From Azolla caroliniana (taxonomy: Eukaryota; Plantae; Polypodiophyta), in the NCBI GenBank assembly GCA_043228905.1, contig JBHGNT010000003.1, forward strand, positions 25,544,001 to 25,608,000: DNA of 64,000 bases. The letters run 5' to 3'. Within the stretch, counting starts at the first letter, position 1. Each line of letters opens with the position of its first letter. Under the pieces are notes generated by a model. The model was not told where the DNA came from. It searched no databases and worked only from the letters and a program-made list of their open reading frames with translations. Shown in pieces: positions 23,832 to 35,779 of this stretch. The position numbers were made by a program, and so were the translations under genes.

Positions 23832-26123
23832 GTGTGGTAGTGTACATGATATCACCTTGAAGATATCATGAGTTTTTATCATAAATGCCTTACCAAGCAC
23901 ATGGCTAGAGATGTGAAATCACAATCTTCAATTGCATGGTACAAGCTTTACTATCACACTATTACTGTGAAATTTAGAATGTTAGCAATGTTACTATTGA
24001 TCTTTGTAGGTGTTGATTTGTCAACCATAATGCTTTCATGTTGTGCTTCAAAGTATGACATATTGTACACAAGGCAAATGTATTTTCAACCTATGTGCTA
24101 CAAGCCATAAAGTATTCACTAGCACTCCACCGTCATCTTATTTGTAAATTGTAACTATAAACTTTAAAGGATTTATCAAGATAGCACTTTCTGCCTATGC
24201 TTTTGCACATAATTTCTTGCTCTTAATTGTCTCTTTCACTTCATTTATACCCATGTTTTATGTTTTGTTAGGTGCAACTTGAAGTTCTAACTTTAAAAAA
24301 TAATATTAACATTGTGAACATTTTCTGGAGTGCTTTAACTTCATCATGGAGCAATACTCTAACTTCGTCATTGAGGAGTCCATTGAGAATTGTCGCCTCG
24401 ATTGTACAACACTTATCCTTTTTGTTATTTTCCGCAATGTCACAAAATGTGACACTACTTTGTTCACAAGAGTGCGCCAAGCTTGCTTCATCTCAATGTA
24501 GGTTATGTCATTCAATATTTAAACATCACTATCTCTAAAATACTCCTATTATATGACATGAAAAGTTCTTTAATGGTTGGTTTGTCTAACAATGAACTTT
24601 TTCTAACCATTTTGGCATTACCCATGTTCAATCTTGACAAAAGTGTGATGCCATACAACCCTACTTAAACCATTTCATATCCATCGATATTCTTGTTAGT
24701 ATGTAGCTCTTGAATGAAAAGAAAAAGTATTTAGCCCCTTTTACAAATATTCACATGATCTATCAAAACATCCTCTGGCCCTCCTTAGCCACGTCTCTCA
24801 CTCATATATTGCCATCCACAAGCAAGTGTCGTATTATCTAAAGGTTTCTCCATTCAACTATCTAGCCATTAGTGTATACTAAATACCAAAACTAAAAGGC
24901 CAAAACTTGCGTAGAGAAAATATGTAAAAGTCTCGCATTTCCAATGTTCAATCACATCTCCACCTTTGTCACATTCCACAATCATTCAAATGAGGGGACC
25001 ACTTTTCAACATTCAAATTTTGTTCATATAAATAAGGATGTAAGAATGGAATACGGTTTTCGCAATTATCAAGCATATTAAAAGATTTCCGGAGCTTGTG
25101 CATAATCCTTCACGCTAATCACAAGTAGCTTCACTTTATGCAAACTACAATTCCTCACCAATTGTTGCCACACCGCAACAATATTTCTTTCTTGTGTGAG
25201 GCACAAAATACAACTTAATAGTTTAAGTGAGAGAATTACCAAATTCCAATTATACCGTCTCGAATTCATGCCTATGAAACTTCAATCTCTTTGTGAATTT
25301 GTGTTTTATAGTAATGTAAAATTAATTTATGGAGTATTTGAAAAGAGACTACCACATTCCACTGTCTTTCAAAACTAATATTTGTGCTACCACTATTATG
25401 AAGGCTAATTCATAACTATTTTATCGACTTCCTCGTACTTAATTATGTATGTAACGATTGTGGACCATGGCCTCAAAATTATAAGCAAGCATGTCAAATC
25501 ATTTCAACGAGGAGGACAAATGTTAAATCCACTCAATCAGTAAAGTCACTCATTGGTTAAGGATTAAAGTCAAACTTGAGGGTATTATGGCCATACACGA
25601 TGTAGCTCAATAATTCTAACATGACTACAGTTGTGCATGTTGATTGATGTAATATTTCAAATGGCCACGCTAAGGATGTGTTTGATAGAGACAAATAAGA
25701 GAAATCAGAGGAAAAAGGCAATAAAAGAAGAAAGTAAAGAGTAGATATCAAGCTTGAAACATGGGCCAACATTTATTTTTGGATTTGAAACTTTAAGTTG
25801 GCAATCGAAGAGGGAATTATGCATGAATCTCCATTTTCTCTCATTGTCTTTATTAATGAGTTTGTAATCAATTAAGTTGATCGACATAAAGACGCCTTTA
25901 ATGATCAAGTCATGCCTGAATTTTCAACTTTGTTGTTTACTCTCAATGATGCATAAGATGGGCACAAAGGACAATTAATATATAAAACATGAAAAAGTCT
26001 TTCAACGGATGTAATAAATCATTTAGAAATTTTACCAAATAATCCACAATATTGGGTTAGATTCGTGCATTGGAATCACACATAAATCCAATTATTCACG
26101 GATTATTTTGCCATATTTTGTCC

Positions 26124-26451
26124 TCATAATTCTGTATGCTTGTTAATGGATGGGGTGGTTGTGTTGATTTTGTTGGGGAAGGAGGCCATGGTGTTGATGC
26201 CACACTTGCCTTCGGCTTGGAGTTGCCCAACACGCCTCATGAGAATGAAACCCTCATCACCCCACTCTGGTCCCCATGAGTTCTTCACAATCCAATAATC
26301 ATTGCCAGTTGTGGCATCTGTGCCATAGCCCACTATGGCCACACCGTGATCTAATTCTGTGCCGCAATTTCCATCATACACTCCCTATAAACCATATATA
26401 TGCATTCAAATTAACATGTAAATACGTCAATGTTGTAACCACATCTAGGAT

Positions 26452-26498
<47 letters not shown>

Positions 26499-28320
26499 AT
26501 CTATATTATGTAAGCTCAATGCCAATGGAAATACCTTCATGTGCCATTTTCTTCTTACAAATATGGATACTTCCTTAAGGATCTCACTAAGTTTTGTCTA
26601 AAAGATATACCTCTTCTTGAACTCATGTAGAATGCTTACAAAGTTTGTGCATGTAACTAGACCTTGTGATTCCAAGTATTCAATATCCAAAGTAGAAGAT
26701 CATAGCATACCCCAGCATAAAATTGGAAATCTCGATGGCTCGCTTCAATGCCCACGCTCACAGGTTGCTTCGCGACTGCTCTCAAAAGGGCATCCTCATT
26801 GCTCACCTCTACTTGAGTGTAGCCATCAATGCTCGCAGAATGCTAAATCATATCGTCATTGAATATTACTAAGAACAGACAAAATTTGAAAACTAGAGAT
26901 AAAAAAGTTGAACTAAAGATAAGATTTGTCACGTGGACCAAGATGACAAGGTGGGCCTCTTCAACTCTTGTTAAAAATGTCAACCAAGCCCAAGAAGAAG
27001 AAGAAATGTTTTGTGGTTTCCTTACCTCGATGGAGGATGCACATTGTCCTTCCTTGGCTGTGTACGGGTAGTGTTCTTCAGTGTCTAGGCCTCCGTTTTT
27101 AACGAGGAAGTCAAATGCCATAGGCATGGAGCCTCCATTGCATCCATTATTACCATCAACATTGCAATCGATGAGTTGTTGCTCAGACAAAGAGACAAGG
27201 TTTCCAGTGACGATTTGGTTTATCCCTTCCACGGCCGCGACAGTGGAGAAAGCCCAACAACTACCACATTGCCCTTGATTCTTCACGGGAGTGACCGCCC
27301 CACGTTGTCTCCAGTCTACGGATGTTGGCACTTGTCCTCCCGAGTCATCATGGCCATCATTGCGGTGATTGTGATTGGGGTGGTGGTGGTGACCTGGTTC
27401 CCACAAATTAAGACTAGTTAACCAATTGAAAAGAAACTTATATTTAGAATTATGGAGTTGGCCTAGTGGTTTGGGCCCTTGCATAGTAACGAAAATGATG
27501 CAAAAAGGAGCCAATGTAGTTACGCATGTGTAAACCAATACACATTGTAATTCTACATATGAATGAACCATTACTTAGTGGACAAGACCTATGATACACC
27601 TATGCATATAAACTTAAAACCACCAACACACAACATTAATGAAGTAGAAAAAAATGTGAAAGAAAAAATAAAGGGAGTCATGTTGAAGTATGGAACACGA
27701 TCAAGTGATGCATGTATAGAATAATAAGTACCATAGGGGTGATGTTAATAACAAAATTCATCAAGCATTTATGAATAGTTATTTAAGGTTGAACACTCAT
27801 TCCATCTTTTAGCACACACAATAGTCAATGCTAATAACAACACTCATCAGGCATTTATGGATAGTTATTCGAAGTTGAACAAGCATCAATCTTTTCTACG
27901 ACCTGCCCGATGTAGTTGAGATGCGCTCACACGGTGAGCTGGCTTCCATAGGTAAGTGGCTTTGAACTCATCATGGGTAAGGTCCGCAAAGCCATTGATA
28001 TCCAACCAATACCCATGTTCTTCTGCCCGTTTGTTGTGTTCGAAGACATGGCGAAAGTTGTCAGCGAATATGGCAAACCTATGGAGCTTCTCGAAAGAAT
28101 GAGACGAGACTTCGCTATCGTAAGGCCGGCGATGCCGTTTGAGCCACGACAAGAAGAGAGATGTCACTTCTTCTGGCCTAGGATTCTCGGAAGAAGCTAA
28201 GTGTGAGTATTCTAAAGACAGGGAGTTAGCTTCCTTGATGCTAGTAGTAGTAATGCATAAGAAAGTGAGCAAAGTGATGAACATGGCCATTGGCTCCTTT
28301 GGGATCTGAATGCTGGTCAT
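26124..28320 (-). CDS. Papain-family (C1A) cysteine protease precursor, about 392 aa, with C-terminal HTEL
   Basis: Exons 28320-27903, 27393-27026, 26842-26711 and 26384-26124. It has a signal peptide, an I29 prodomain (ERFNIN-like [12 protein letters not shown]; INGFADLT), and catalytic motifs [16 protein letters not shown] and KNSWG. Confidence 0.93.
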
Positions 28321-28961
28321 GATGTGTTGCTTGTTCAGCTCTCTTTGGGCAAAAAACAACACAAGGAGGAATTAGAAAGGAAAAGATACACACTCTATAC
28401 CTATATCTAGCTTAGAAAGCTCTGTAAATGAGAATTAGGGCAAATTCCAAGCTCTCTCTTTTATGGGACTCGATTGTTAACGAATGTTGGTGCGGGCCAA
28501 GTGCACTTCGGCTTGTAAAGATTGCTTAGAAGCAAAGCTTTTCATCAGTGTATGATCATCATAAGCAATAGCAAAAATACGATACAAATGCTTCGAAGCT
28601 AAGTTCTTCATTACCACGAAAACTTCTCGGACAAGGCCGAAGTGTTTTTAAGCTACAATTTGCTTGATATAGCTAAGGATTCAGAGAGAATTGAATGCCT
28701 TTTGCGAAAAAAAAATAAGAAAAATGCTTAAACTTTAGCTTAACCCTCCCAGAAGATAACATCACAACAACAACAACAAAAGCAAAATAGATTTGCTTTT
28801 CAATTTTCTTTTACATCTTTTGGTTTAGATACAAAACATGAGGATATGCTGGCTTAACACAATGTAGAGTTACATATTTCTTCAATTCATATATATCATC
28901 ATCATGGATCATTTCCCCATACCCCTTCCAATTGGGAACCAAATCCATCTCCATCTCTTGT

Positions 28962-29450
28962 TTACCCAATGTGTGGATCTTGAGAAAACCCTATTGTAGG
29001 ATAGATCTCCCTTCTCCGCGACAAGTGCCCTAATCCTGCAGGTGTGGCTTGAAGCAAAGAATGATAGCCCATGAAGATCTCAACAAGCCCTAACTTCCTT
29101 GAAATAGGCATGTGGTGTTGTTGAACCTCCTTCCCTCTTTGGAAAACATGCTCCTCCTTTCCTCTCTGGGAAACCTTTGGCTCGGCCACTCCGATCTCGC
29201 CAGTTACCGCCGATGCCAATCCATGTTGTCTCTCTTGTTGAGACACCATGATTTGCTCGCACATTTTGGTTTCTGATAGCTTCTCCTCCTTCTTCTTCTT
29301 CTTCTTGTCCTTGTGCTGCCCTAATTGGCGGGGGGAGGTGTGATGGTCAAGGGCAAACGAATTAAGGTTCTGGTTAGAGTTAGGGTTTCGCTGGCGATGG
29401 ATTCTTTCGTAAGGGTGGACGTCATCGATGGAGCCACAGCGTATCTTCAT
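28962..29450 (-). CDS. Hypothetical intronless 162-aa ORF, no recognisable domain
   Basis: ATG-to-stop ORF in a higher-GC patch, preceded by telobox-like AAACCCTA motifs and CT/CTT microsatellites typical of 5' regions of genes in this window. Confidence 0.35.
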   Translation of the reverse strand: MKIRCGSIDDVHPYERIHRQRNPNSNQNLNSFALDHHTSPRQLGQHKDKKKKKKEEKLSETKMCEQIMVSQQERQHGLASAVTGEIGVAEPKVSQRGKEEHVFQRGKEVQQHHMPISRKLGLVEIFMGYHSLLQATPAGLGHLSRRREIYPTIGFSQDPHIG

Positions 29451-29677
29451 GGTTTAGGTTTAGGTTTAGGGTTTAGGGTTTTTTGGGGGGTTGAAGGTTT
29501 AGGATTGTGGCAATGATTAGGGTTAGGGAAAAGGGTGAAGGCGAGGATTATAAAGAATGTGGTAGGGTGGGGGTTTGAGGGGTATGTGTTAGGGTTTCAA
29601 AATTAAGAATTAGAGTTTGTTGAGGGTTAGAGCTGTGTGAGGAACAGAGTACATACATACAGATAGGGGAGTTGAAT

Positions 29678-29708
<31 letters not shown>

Positions 29709-29830
29709 AGGCAGAGGATTTTGTGTATGTTAATGTATGTATTGTGTGTGAGTGTGTGTGTGTGTGTGTGTATAAATGAATGAATTACATTGATCTACCC
29801 TTATGACTCACTCTCCTCCATCATTTAATA

Positions 29831-29877
<47 letters not shown>

Positions 29878-30142
29878 AAGAGGGCATTTGTAATATTGTA
29901 ACAAAGAAATGAATGGCACACGGAACTAACTATAACTTGCCGTCGGCAAGTCCGCCTCGCCTCTCCCTGAAAGTGCGCAAACTCACCACCTCATTCGCTT
30001 CATAGTGTAGTCACTATACCAATGCAATCGAGGTGATGTACACAATAACCTCGTCCATTGGTTCGTTCACTCATTGTCATTGATGTAATTGTGAAAGAGA
30101 AAGAGAGAGAATTTGTAAGTGTGTGTATAGGCCCAGCCTAGA

Positions 30143-30212
30143 TGGATGTAGCTCAGTTGGTAAGGTTGCCCAATGGAGACCAGGTGGTCATGGGTTCAAC
30201 CCCTACATTCCA
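30143..30212 (+). pseudogene. Degenerate tRNA-like sequence (tRNA pseudogene or SINE head)
   Basis: A box TAGCTCAGTTGG, B box GGTTCAACCC, and imperfect acceptor-like pairing tggatgta/tacattcca. No convincing anticodon stem. Confidence 0.6.
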
Positions 30213-30698
30213 CATTGGCATCTAGTGAAAGAAAAGATATATATGAAGTATATAATAGAGAGGTGAGAAAATGCTTGTAGTGATAACAACTTACCATTAG
30301 GGTAAGCTAATTACAAGAAAAGAGAGAGAGACCTTCATAGAATGACTTTATCTCATTTACCATACATATTTCCACTATCGCCACCCTATAGAGACAAGTA
30401 ATGGCATTCAGGAGAACCTCATTGTGTTTGCAACGATGTGGCCTAAAAGAGAAGGCATAAATATTTGCTCCCTTGTCCCGATCAAAATTATCTTGGAACT
30501 TAGCCAACTATCGAGTATGATCGGATTCTGATAATTGTATGCGCACTTTTGGTTTCATAGAGTTGATCTTATCTTTGTTAAATTCCAAATCTCCGAATGG
30601 AATAGTTACTCGTGGTTAGGGCATTGTTGTTATTTCACTATAGGTTATAAATTTGAGGGGAAGGCAAGTTAAGGACATACCATACTCAAGCTCAAATC

Positions 30699-31132
30699 GG
30701 TTGAATGTGGATGCCACAATATGGGCTACGATATCATTGGTGGTTCTATGGAATATTTGGATAGATCGATGCAAAAATGTGTTTCAGCAAGTAAAGCAAA
30801 ATTCTGTTCATTGTGTGAAGGAAATTTGGTTGATGCTTATCTCAATTTTAAAAGTTCAATATGACTCCTTCACGGGTAATGAAGATATGATTTTTCTAAA
30901 ACAACAATCCTTTAAAGATAAATGGAAGGATTTGTTAGTTTTTGTGGAGATAAATGACAAAATGGATTGGCAATGTGTACCCCCGCAATGGTTGTTTCCT
31001 CCATAGGTGGAGGTTGGTTTCAATAATGACATAATGGGGGATACCTTACCCGCCACTAGATTGTATCATTATATGTCTTGTAAATGCTTTTTAGATTGGT
31101 AATGGAAACTATGGCGTAGTAAAAAAATAAAA
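30699..31132 (+). mobile_element. 5'-truncated LINE (L1-like ORF2 C-terminus, 3' UTR and A-rich tail), copy 1
   Basis: IWATISLVVLWNIWIDRCKNVF (WxIWxxR motif of plant L1 ORF2 ends) and an A-rich tail at 31121-31132; homologous to about 35316-35750. Confidence 0.75.
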
Positions 31133-34100
31133 TGAAATTGAGGGAACATGTGTCCCATTGATCACATGTTAATACTCTCTCTCACACACATTAGGGTTCC
31201 AAGAAGCTCATTGATGTCACTACTTTACTAGATGTCACTACAGGTAACAGAATGTAGGGATTGAACAAATGTAAGGTTTTTTTGTCAAAAAACCTTATCA
31301 AGTAAGCGGTAAGAAAACCTACAACATACACATCTCAAGTTGAGAGAGCTACTTAATATCAAAGAAGACAAAAGAGGGATAGGGAGGAAAACACACAAAT
31401 AGATAGAAGACAAAAAGGTGAGAGTGCCTTTCATTGCAATAAACATACACCTAATTATCCATGGGATATTTCAAAATGAAATGAGCCATGCATTATGAGG
31501 ATGTTTGTACAAGTATAGACGATTGTGTTCACTTTAAGTTCATCGAGAGGGATGCATTTGCCAAATAAGGATGATATTGAATGGAGGAGAAGGTGGCAAT
31601 AGTTTACAATTTGCATTATGATGATGGATCATACTCTTTTCCACATTGCATATCTAGTGTTGTAACATAATAACTCGGCATGAACACAGAGCAACATCAT
31701 ATGAGTTAAGTGTAGAATGTAACATTGGCAACGGCTTTGTTGTTCATAGAAGGTGTTTAATTCAAGGAATGTTTTGTGTGTTTCACCCCAACACATTTCA
31801 CCGTGTTCAAGAATATATGATGCAAGATTGGAGACTAACCATGGACCAATTATTCGAGCAAATTGGGAGAATAATATCATACACCCATTTATTGTATTTA
31901 CACATGTGATGTGTCAATGTAATTGCAACTTTTTATATGATGACCCATTTAACAAAATAGAGAAATAGGAGAGGTCTATCATCAACTATACCCACACACC
32001 ACAATCATTGAGCATAGGTTAAAGTTGTTTATGATGGACTGTGGTTTCATGTATTAAGAGGAACCAAAGGTCGTGACATACTATATTTATGCACTAGTTT
32101 TTGTACTAGATACATTTTTCATAACTAATCATAGTCGGCAACAACAAGATGCATATTGATATGATATGATATAACAATGCACAAGGGGCATATATCATCC
32201 ACGAAGTTCATATTTCTGTTGCAAACTTATTGACATTCTTCGAGGGTATTGACAAAACACCTACTGTAGGGATTTAAAGGTTGCATAACTTTTAAATGAC
32301 GACAAGGAAAGTGGAGTTTATGATGCACGGGAGACGATCTTGAATGCACCAATGTGGTTATCGCATTGAACAAAACAATGTCACGATTGGAAACTAAAAG
32401 TACTAGTTCAAAATAAAAAGTTTTGACATGAAGCAAAATAACCATGAAAGTAAAGGTCCTAAGTTTTCATTGGTGCAAAATTAGTAACAGACAAAAAGTC
32501 CAAAAAACAACAATCGGACAAGATAGTGCGAGGGGTGGATAAAAAGGCCCATGCGAAAAGGATAGGAGGAGAAATTAGTTCTAAGAGGAGGAAGACAAAT
32601 GTGAGAGGGAGATAGGGAGAGACAAAGACAATGTTTAATGCTAGGGTACTTTCAAGTCCGTAAAAAAGAGGCCTAGCCTTAATATTATGGCTTTTACTTT
32701 ATGCACCTTTCAACTCCTTGAGATAATGTAAGTTGGCAATGGGCATGAGATTTAAAATGGGATAATCCTTAAATACGGCATAGCTTATCGTTCTCAATAA
32801 TTCAATGCATATTAATACATTTCTTTGACAATTAATGTTGCATTCGTAAAACTTTTCTAGCATAGGAATACTAGAGAAAAAATATGGATGAACTAGAATG
32901 GTTCATCTTCATAGGTTATGTATGGATTATTCATGACAATAAAAGGAAACAAAGTATGGAACCAAACATTGCCGCGATTATCGTTAACTGTAGTGACACA
33001 AAACATGATTGCCCTTTTTTATTACCGTAAGGTCTAAAGAGGAACGCCATTGTTTATTAGTAGAGTAGTTTAAAAAACGTTTTTCGTAACTGCAAATATC
33101 ATAGGGTGAAACATTGATGTATGTTTTGAAACAAACAAAAAGTTAGGGCAAAACAACTCGTTTTGATGGCCCATCGATATAAATTTCATGATGTCTCGTT
33201 TTAGAAAATGTGGAGATTCCTTGTGAATAAAATTGGGTTGGATCAAAAGTTTTGAGGGTTTATGATGCAACCTTTAACTAATTTAAGAAAAAATTGGAAC
33301 TTTTATTGAATTGCTTTATCACATATTTGGGATTCTGTTTTTTAGAAAATTAAAAATATAAGATTTATATGTATAGCTACTGGCTATCACACAAAATATC
33401 ACCCATTGTCCGCTCACCTAGTTGACTGATAAACAATATCAATTTGGTGCAAAAGTTACAATTGTAAAATTACACAGAGTATCATGAATATATACTTTAT
33501 TCTATGTATGCATGCTATATTTGACATTTATTAGCAATTGAACACATCACCAATGCATCTAGACAACCAAAACTCCCCTAAGAACTTTGTATTTTGAAAT
33601 GGACAGGAATCAAAATGGTAAAGAAATGCCTTGAAATGGCTGTGTATGTTGTTTAGCATGAGCAATAGGTAATCTTCCCCACACATCAAACTGTGTGCAC
33701 CCATTTAAAGCTTGGTTTTGCTATTTTAATCCCTCTTGACATTTTATTAAGATGCGTCGAAATTCATCGACAAGATTTGTGGCATATTCTTACACATTGG
33801 TAATCCAAGATTCAACCAAATTTGTGTAGAGAATACATTTTATGGTTGGTATCATTTTAGATTTGACAATAAGGATCTAAAAAATATGTTTCCAAAATAT
33901 TTCATATACGTATACGTATGGACCATGGTATAAAACCATTTTAGTAGTTAAATGTAGAGGCATTAGTTAATAAATAAATAAATAAATATGCAATAGCTGG
34001 TGAGCCTGAGGTTGTGATTCATAAACAACAACAATTTTGCGAAATTTGGCAAGACGCTGAGGTCTTCACCTCTTTTGGAGAAAGAATAAAGTGGAGATAT

Positions 34101-35264
34101 GCTCCACAAAGATGGCTTTTTCCACCCCCCGTCTTGGAACAACCCTACATGAGGGCTTTTGATACTTGACATGCTGGTTGATGTGGATATGAGGGTTGTA
34201 ATATAATGTATGAATTCGTTGTAGCCTTTCGGCATCTTTCCATTAATACCAAGGCGAACCTTCTTTTTAAAAATAAAATAAATAAATAAATAAAGAGTTC
34301 CATGAATATAAATGAGATAAAAATTTAAGCAAATGTCTCACAATTTTTATTTTATCATGTAATAGTCACCTCCTTTTTCTTATTGAACGTGTTGTATCAA
34401 CTCTCTATTCTTAAAGGACTTCTAAGACAACACAAAATTTTCCTAATGTACATCTTCAAACAACATTTATATTGGCCTTGGAGAAGATTATTGTGATGAA
34501 TGCACATTGCAAATTCATGTAAGAAACTGTTTACAACAAATATACATAAATTATGTGCATGTCTTGTAACAAGTGTAGTGCAAAGTTGGATGTCAATAGG
34601 AGCTAAAACTTTCTTTGGATATATCATATAACATTATAATTATAAAATATCTAGAAATAAGATTCATTGTGAGGCACACTTTTGCACGTCCATACCTTGT
34701 ATAGTATAAAGTTACACACCAAGAATGGGAGATCTATCTTCATTGGATACAACACAACATCTATTATCCAATTAGGAATAAGATGATATTGTAATGAACA
34801 TGCCAAGAGAAAGTAGATATACGAAAAAAACAAGGCATAAAGAGAATTAACCCTCTAGGTTGAAAGTAGTGTGAACTTCCTTGGAAATGGTTGCCCTTTC
34901 AAAAAGACAAGAGAATCCAAAGCCTCGTCAGACATAGAGAGAGATAAATGGAAGAGGCACTAGAGTCATGAGAATGATCAATGCCTACAATGACCAAATG
35001 TCAAGTCCACAATGGAGTAATAATATTTTTCTAGCATGTTGGACATACATAGTGGGAATACCCATCTATGGTTGCTAGTTTGATATGTAAAATTGATCAA
35101 GTAGCAATAGGATGAGGAATTTGCTATAAAAAAGGTACTCCACATTTATAATCAAAATTGCAATCTTGAGCACATGGAATGACAAAAAGGGGAGTTAAAG
35201 CTTGTTTTACTTTGGGTGTATTTTTAATGTCCCTATGTATTGACTTTCACAATCATTGCTAGCT

Positions 35265-35779
35265 CAATGCCTTGGATGAATGACACCCTATTTTTGGCTG
35301 GTATAACCTCTCCTAGGTTGAATGTGGATGCCGCAATATGGGCGACGATATCATCGGTGGTTTTATGGAATATTTGGACAGATCGATGCGAAAATGTTGT
35401 TTCAAGAAATAAGGCAAACTCTTGTTCATTGTGTGAAGGAAATTAGGTCGATGCTTATTTCAATTTTAAAAGGTCAATATGACTCCTTCATTGGTATGAA
35501 GATACCATTTTTCTGAAACAACAATCCTTTAAAGGCAAGTGGAAGGATTTGTTCGTATTTGTGGAGAGAATGACCAAAGGGTTTGGCGATATGTAACCCC
35601 TCGATGGTTGTTTCCTCCATAGGTGGAGTTTGGTTTCAATTATGACATAGTGGGGGATATACCTTTTCTCTCTTATTTTACCCTCCACTAGATTGTATCA
35701 TTATATGCTTTGTATGCACTTATTGGATTGGTAATGGAAACTATGGTGTAGTTTTGTTTAAATAATAATAATAATAATA
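35265..35779 (+). mobile_element. 5'-truncated LINE, copy 2 of the same family, with an (AAT)n tail
   Basis: IWATISSVVLWNIWTDRC with a frameshift. Shares ggttgaatgtggatgcc...gattggtaatggaaactatgg with copy 1. The 5' boundary is approximate. Confidence 0.75.

Noticed and set aside
29451-29600. Telomere-like TTTAGGG repeats suggesting an interstitial telomere
   Set aside because: There are only a few scattered, imperfect units, which fits telobox-type promoter motifs better.
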